Below, piece after piece: positions 59,120 through 64,000 of a DNA stretch of 64,000 nucleotides (positions are counted from its first letter, which is position 1; each line of letters starts with the position of its first letter). The stretch covers positions 46,004,001 through 46,068,000 of the forward strand of contig NC_043014.1 of the NCBI RefSeq assembly GCF_006345805.1, in the 5' to 3' direction. The notes under the pieces were generated by a model. That model was not told the DNA's origin, made no database searches, and worked only from the letters and a program-made list of their open reading frames with translations. Source of the DNA: Octopus sinensis (Eukaryota). Made by a program: the position numbers and the translations under genes.

Positions 59120-59789
59120 CAAAGAACAAAAAGAATGATGGAAGGAGATGATATTCTTCCAATATCGTAAACCTTGCCTTCCATTATTAAAAATGTAATC
59201 CTAAATACGTGTTAAAAAACACCGTATAAACTGGAATACTTTCAAACATACATTTGGTCAATCAGAACTCACTTGGAACTAAATCTGTTAGCAATTTTGA
59301 TACCGTTCCTTAGCCCTTGGCTACTTTTAGCAGGGTCTGTTTATTTGCAGGTATTGATCTGCTGAAATTTACTAGAATTAACTGCTGGAAAGGATTTGCC
59401 ATTGTACGGTCAAATCTTGTCAATGAAAATTGGCTTGACTTGTTGTTTTGACACAACATTGTACGTAAATTTCATCATAGCTATTTATATCAATTCCTGT
59501 AGTCACCATTGCGAGTCCAACGTTGTAGAGATTGGTGGAAAGGGAGACGGATAGAAATGAATATGGAGAGATGTGCTAACGAAACTTTTGATAAATAAAG
59601 CCTTGTCTGTCTGAAGTAAAAAAAAGAAAAAAATGTAAAAGAATACGCAGACACTTTGTGACAAATGTCTAGATGAGAGAAAATGTTTGGTTCTATTTCC
59701 TACTTATGGTTGCTGGAGGCATTGTACTAAGCAGAAGTACTCGCTTCCTAAATTGCTTTCATTAAAAGATTCACAAAGACATAGATAAC

Positions 59790-60000
59790 GACTAAAAGTA
59801 GAGCGTTGTTATAAATATTTCAAAAGGAATATTCCAAGGAGACGGTTTGTCTGCACCTCTGTTTATTTTGGCACAATTTCTTTTACAAGAAATGGGTAAA
59901 TGTAAAGTTCGAAACTCGAAATCTTCACAATGGTGAGAAACATCTGGATTTAATAGCAGTTTCATCTGATATAGGAATGGAATTTGTCCAAATGTATTGT
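59790..60000 (+). pseudogene. R4/Dong-like non-LTR RT remnant
   Basis: INISKGIFQGDGLSAPLFILA and SSDIGMEF resemble R4-clade GIFQGDSLSPLLF and FSxDIGMEFG. Confidence 0.5.
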
Positions 60001-60147
60001 TCATATTTGATAGTTGAAAGCTTAAAAAAAAGCTGTTTTACCCGGCCAACCCCAACCCCAAATTTTTACACTAGTGGTATATCTCTACTACCCTTGCCCT
60101 ACACAATGAGTTATACAAACACACACAGATACAGACACACATACACA

Positions 60148-60225
<78 letters not shown>

Positions 60226-60404
60226 GAGCGCGCGTATATATGTATACAATAGGTTTCTGCACAGTCTCCTTCGACCAAATCGGTCCAGGGCTATAGTAGA
60301 AGACAATTGACCAAGGTGCCGCGCAGAGAGACCGAACTCAAAACCACAAGGTTGCGAAGTGAACTTCTCAACCATTCAACGATGTCTTTAAGAGCAAGAG
60401 AGTA

Positions 60405-60790
60405 GAGGCGCAATGGCCCAGTGGTTAGGGCAGCGGACTCGCGGTCGTAGGATCGTGGTTTCGATTCCCAGACCGGGCGTTGTGAGTGTTTATTGAGCGA
60501 AAACACCTAAAAAGCTCCACGAGGCTCCGGCAAGGATGGTAGTGATCCCTGCTGTACTCTTTCACCACAACTTTCTCTCACTCTTACTTCCTGTTTCTGT
60601 TGTAACTGTATTTCAAAGGGCCGGCCTTGTCACTCTCTGTGTCACGCTGAATATCCCCGAGAACTACGTTAAGGCTACACGTGTCTGTGGAGTGCTCAGC
60701 CACTTACACGTTAATTTCACGAGCAGGCTGTTCCGTTGATTCGGATCAACCGGAACCCTCGTCGTCGTAACCGACGGAGTGCTTCCACAA
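60405..60790 (+). mobile_element. SINE family C, long form
   Basis: tRNA-like head GGCCCAGTGGTTAGGGCAGCGGACTCGCGG..GTTTCGATTCCC. Confidence 0.8.
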
Positions 60791-60805
60791 GAGCAAGAGA
60801 TGACA

Positions 60806-61258
60806 AAGGTCTCACCGGCCGTTACCGGGATCATTGTTCATCACCTTCCGATATAAAGGCTGAGGACGCTCGACCTTTATTCTCTAGAAAAACGCCGCCG
60901 CCGTGGTGATCTCATTCTCGCCCACAGCATCATAAGCGGAAAGTGTAACTTCTCGAAAGAGCTGTTCTTCACTCCTGCTCCAGAGCGTCGGCTGCGGGGT
61001 CATTCCGAAAAGCTCTACCTGCGACGATTTCATCTCAATCGAAGGAGAGGAGCTTTCTCCGTCCGGGTTGCGGATCCGTGGAACAAGCTGCCAGACGAGA
61101 TGGTGAAGATGCCGACAATCGCTCGGTTCAAAGCCTCCCTTGACCTCAAGTGGCCTGAACTCTTTACATGAACACCACCCTGTACTTAACTCCATGTCCC
61201 CCTACATGGCCTTGCTATTTGCTTTTGAGCCAAATTAACTAACTAACTAACTAACTAA
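60806..61258 (+). mobile_element. CR1-clade LINE 3' end with (AACT)n tail
   Basis: LYSLEKRRRRGDLI..LRGHSEKL..FSVRVADPWNKLP..FKASLD, stop, short UTR, TAACTAAC repeats. Confidence 0.85.
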
Positions 61259-62403
61259 CATAAATTGTTTTTAACTCAAAGGCATATATTTTAGTACACC
61301 CACTTTATAGCAGGGACATATATTTCCAGTCCTATGATCATGTATATATTGTCCACAGTTGACTGAAGTGTTTATTTGTATTGCGGGTAATATATTATCT
61401 CTGAAAATCCTCGCTTAGATTTTGCATATGTTTTGCAAGGTTTTTGAAGTGAAATCATGTGTTGAAACTGATATCCTTATATTCTGGGAGGGTCACACTG
61501 TCAATTCAAACACTGGTTATGTTTTATCAATGACCACTGTTCGAACAGCAGACATTCAATAAATGCTGAGGAGAAAGAAGTGCTCGAGGGCACATTGTTA
61601 TTGATCAGGTCGCAGACTATGATGAAAGGACATTGACAGAATTTAACTAGTCTAGTAGGTCAATTGATTAATAACAGAATAGATTTGTAATACAACTGAA
61701 GTGAAGCAACCAGCGCGTGTGCTTTTATCGACACTATGATCCACCCATAATACTTCATTTGGCTTGGAAGCTTTTATTTCCTTCATTTCTGTTTTTCCTA
61801 ATCTAAATTTCTTCAAAAAGTACATTTAATAATAGAATAAACCTGTTTCTAAAAATTGATTTAATTTCCTAACCTCACAGTATGTTTTGCCAATAATATA
61901 CGGAACAAACTTTGCTTCTTTGCATCACAACAAATCTTACAGATTAAATCCTGACTTTTATACAAATGGGAGATTTCCTTCAATAGAATTAAGGGACGAT
62001 TCTTTATTCTCAGTGTTTTTTATTCAGCTGTTGTGTTTACCGAAAATTCTTTAAATGTGAAGAAAGCCTTTCATTTTATTTATTTTTGTAGGTGTATATT
62101 TCCTGCATTACGCTTTGTGAGCCATTTGATTTACCATCATTGTGGGTCATTATTGTCAAATGGTTACAGCACGAGGTTTACGACGTGCTGGTTGTGAGTT
62201 CTATTCCTGGACTCTGCGTTTTGGCCTTGAGCAAGGCACTTCATTTCACGTTGCTCCAGTTTACTCAGCTGAAGATGAATACGAGTAAGAATACTCGGTA
62301 AAACCTCTTTTCTCTCTTCCTCTTCATCTCTCTGTCTCTGTCTGTCTGTCTGTCTGCCTGCCTGTGTGTGTGTGTGTCTCTCTCTCTATCTATCTCTCTA
62401 TCC

Positions 62404-62484
<81 letters not shown>

Positions 62485-63139
62485 CAGCTGTTGCATCATA
62501 AATGTTCTGCTGGGTCAAGAGTGGGAAAGATAAGAGTGTATCTATGAATGCTCGCGACTATACAGGCACCTAACACAGTTAGCGAAAGCAAGGTACAAGC
62601 TAGCTACATGGTCACATTCGCTTGCAAGTTATGGTTATGCATCTTCTGCCGGAAAGAAAAAAAAAATATTACACATATATAATATATATACATAAACCGT
62701 ATCAAAATGCTCTTTCCAAAAAGTTACATAATTGAAGCTTATTTTGATAAAATCTGATTAACCTTAAACCAGTCGCATTTTCTTCAAAATTCTCAGAATT
62801 TCTTATGTCAACACATCGACGTTGGTTTCAATTACGCGTTTCATTATATTTTCTCGTTTTGGCATATATATACATTTGACCTTGCTATTCTTAGATACTC
62901 AATAAATAAATAAATATTTATTTAAACAATGAACAACGAATTACACGTGATTGTTATAAAAATAATCGTGGCGTAGTGTGATGACTTATCATAGTGGCAG
63001 GTCTCAGAAATACCAACAGGCGCAGAATAAGACTAGCTTTGCCGCACGCAAATATTGGGTTGTCCGGAAAGTTCGTGCCGATCTTTAAAGGAAAGCAAAA
63101 GGTCAATAAATACTTGCCATTACATTTTTAATCAAGTGA

Positions 63140-63420
63140 GCTCGATTCCCAGATTATGTGTTATGCTCTTGGTAAAGACACTTTATTTCACGTTGCTCCA
63201 GTTCATTCAGCTGTAGAAATGAGTTGTGACATCACTGGTGCCAAGCTGTATCGGCCTTTGCCTTTCTCTTTGATAACATCGGTGGTGTGGAGAGGGGAGG
63301 CTGGTATGCATGGGCGACTGCTGGTCTTCCATAAACAACCTTGCCCAGACCTGTGCCTATAAGGGTAACTAGCCAATTGCAATCCCATGGTCATTCATAA
63401 CCAAAGGGGGTCCTTCAGTG
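63140..63420 (+). mobile_element. SINE family D
   Basis: Reverse complement of the 9352-9692 body. Confidence 0.75.
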
Positions 63421-63464
63421 CCAAAATTTGAATTACTTTTAGTATTAGTATTACTATAAAAAGC

Positions 63465-64000
63465 TATAGGGTTGTCCGGAAAGTTCGTGCCGATTTTTAA
63501 AGGAAAGAAAAAGGTCAATAAATACTTGCCATTACATTTTTAATCAACCAAATATGAACCATTTTGTTACACAATGCATCTCCATCTTTCCTTTCACTTG
63601 AAAATACCCCCTTCCCAGAATCGAGGTGGTTTCATGGCAAACAATTCATCAAGGTATCTTTTTACGTCATCCAAGGAATTGAAATTTTTACCATTAAGAC
63701 TATTCTGCAGAGACCTGAATAAGTGGAAATCCGAAGGAGCAATATCTGGTAAATATAGAGAGTGGGGTAACACATCCCAGCCAAACTGCAGCAATTTTTT
63801 TCTGGTTCCCAAAGCATCAAGTGCCGAAAATGAACTTTCTTATCTTCCATTTTAAAGGGTTACAGAATTAACACAGGTTATAGGAACATAAACCTTCTTC
63901 CACGAAAAGATAGCTTAAACTGTGCTCTAAATGGAGGTGTAGTCAAATCCTATTTTATGGACTCAACAATGTTCTAAAATAAGTCGAAAGGTAAGCTACT
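63465..64000 (-). mobile_element. Internally deleted mariner derivative, continuing past the window (extra TIR copy at 63053-63135)
   Basis: TIR TA(T/G)GGGTTGTCCGGAAAGTTCGTGCCGAT; MEDKKVHFRHLML joined directly to QKKLLQFGWDVLPH..DIAPSDFHLFRSLQ. Confidence 0.85.

Overview
AT-rich, microsatellite-dense eukaryotic DNA made almost entirely of mobile elements. The SINE families, the GC-rich expanded 18S fragment and the TTAGGG repeats suggest a coleoid cephalopod, probably Octopus (inference). I found no convincing host protein-coding exon; nearly all ORFs in the track are microsatellite artefacts or transposon remnants. Contents: a ~7.4 kb Penelope-like element (RT + GIY-YIG, pseudo-LTRs, minus strand), a near full-length frameshifted RTE LINE, Tx1/L1, CR1, RTE-BovB, R4-like and Gypsy remnants, mariner and maT remnants, two non-autonomous Helitrons, a MITE family carrying telomeric hexamers, four tRNA-derived SINE families (labelled A-D here), a 67-bp minisatellite, an orphan 18S rRNA fragment and a 5S rRNA copy fused to a SINE tail. 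The most striking signal is about 10 hammerhead ribozyme (HHR) motifs read by eye. These include a ~460-bp near-perfect palindrome with a canonical type I HHR in each arm, two more long-stem-II HHRs near 52.7-53.3 kb, and a family with a consistently altered core (CUGU[A/C]GA). All analysis was manual, so coordinates may be off by a few to tens of bases and ribozyme activity is predicted, not shown.
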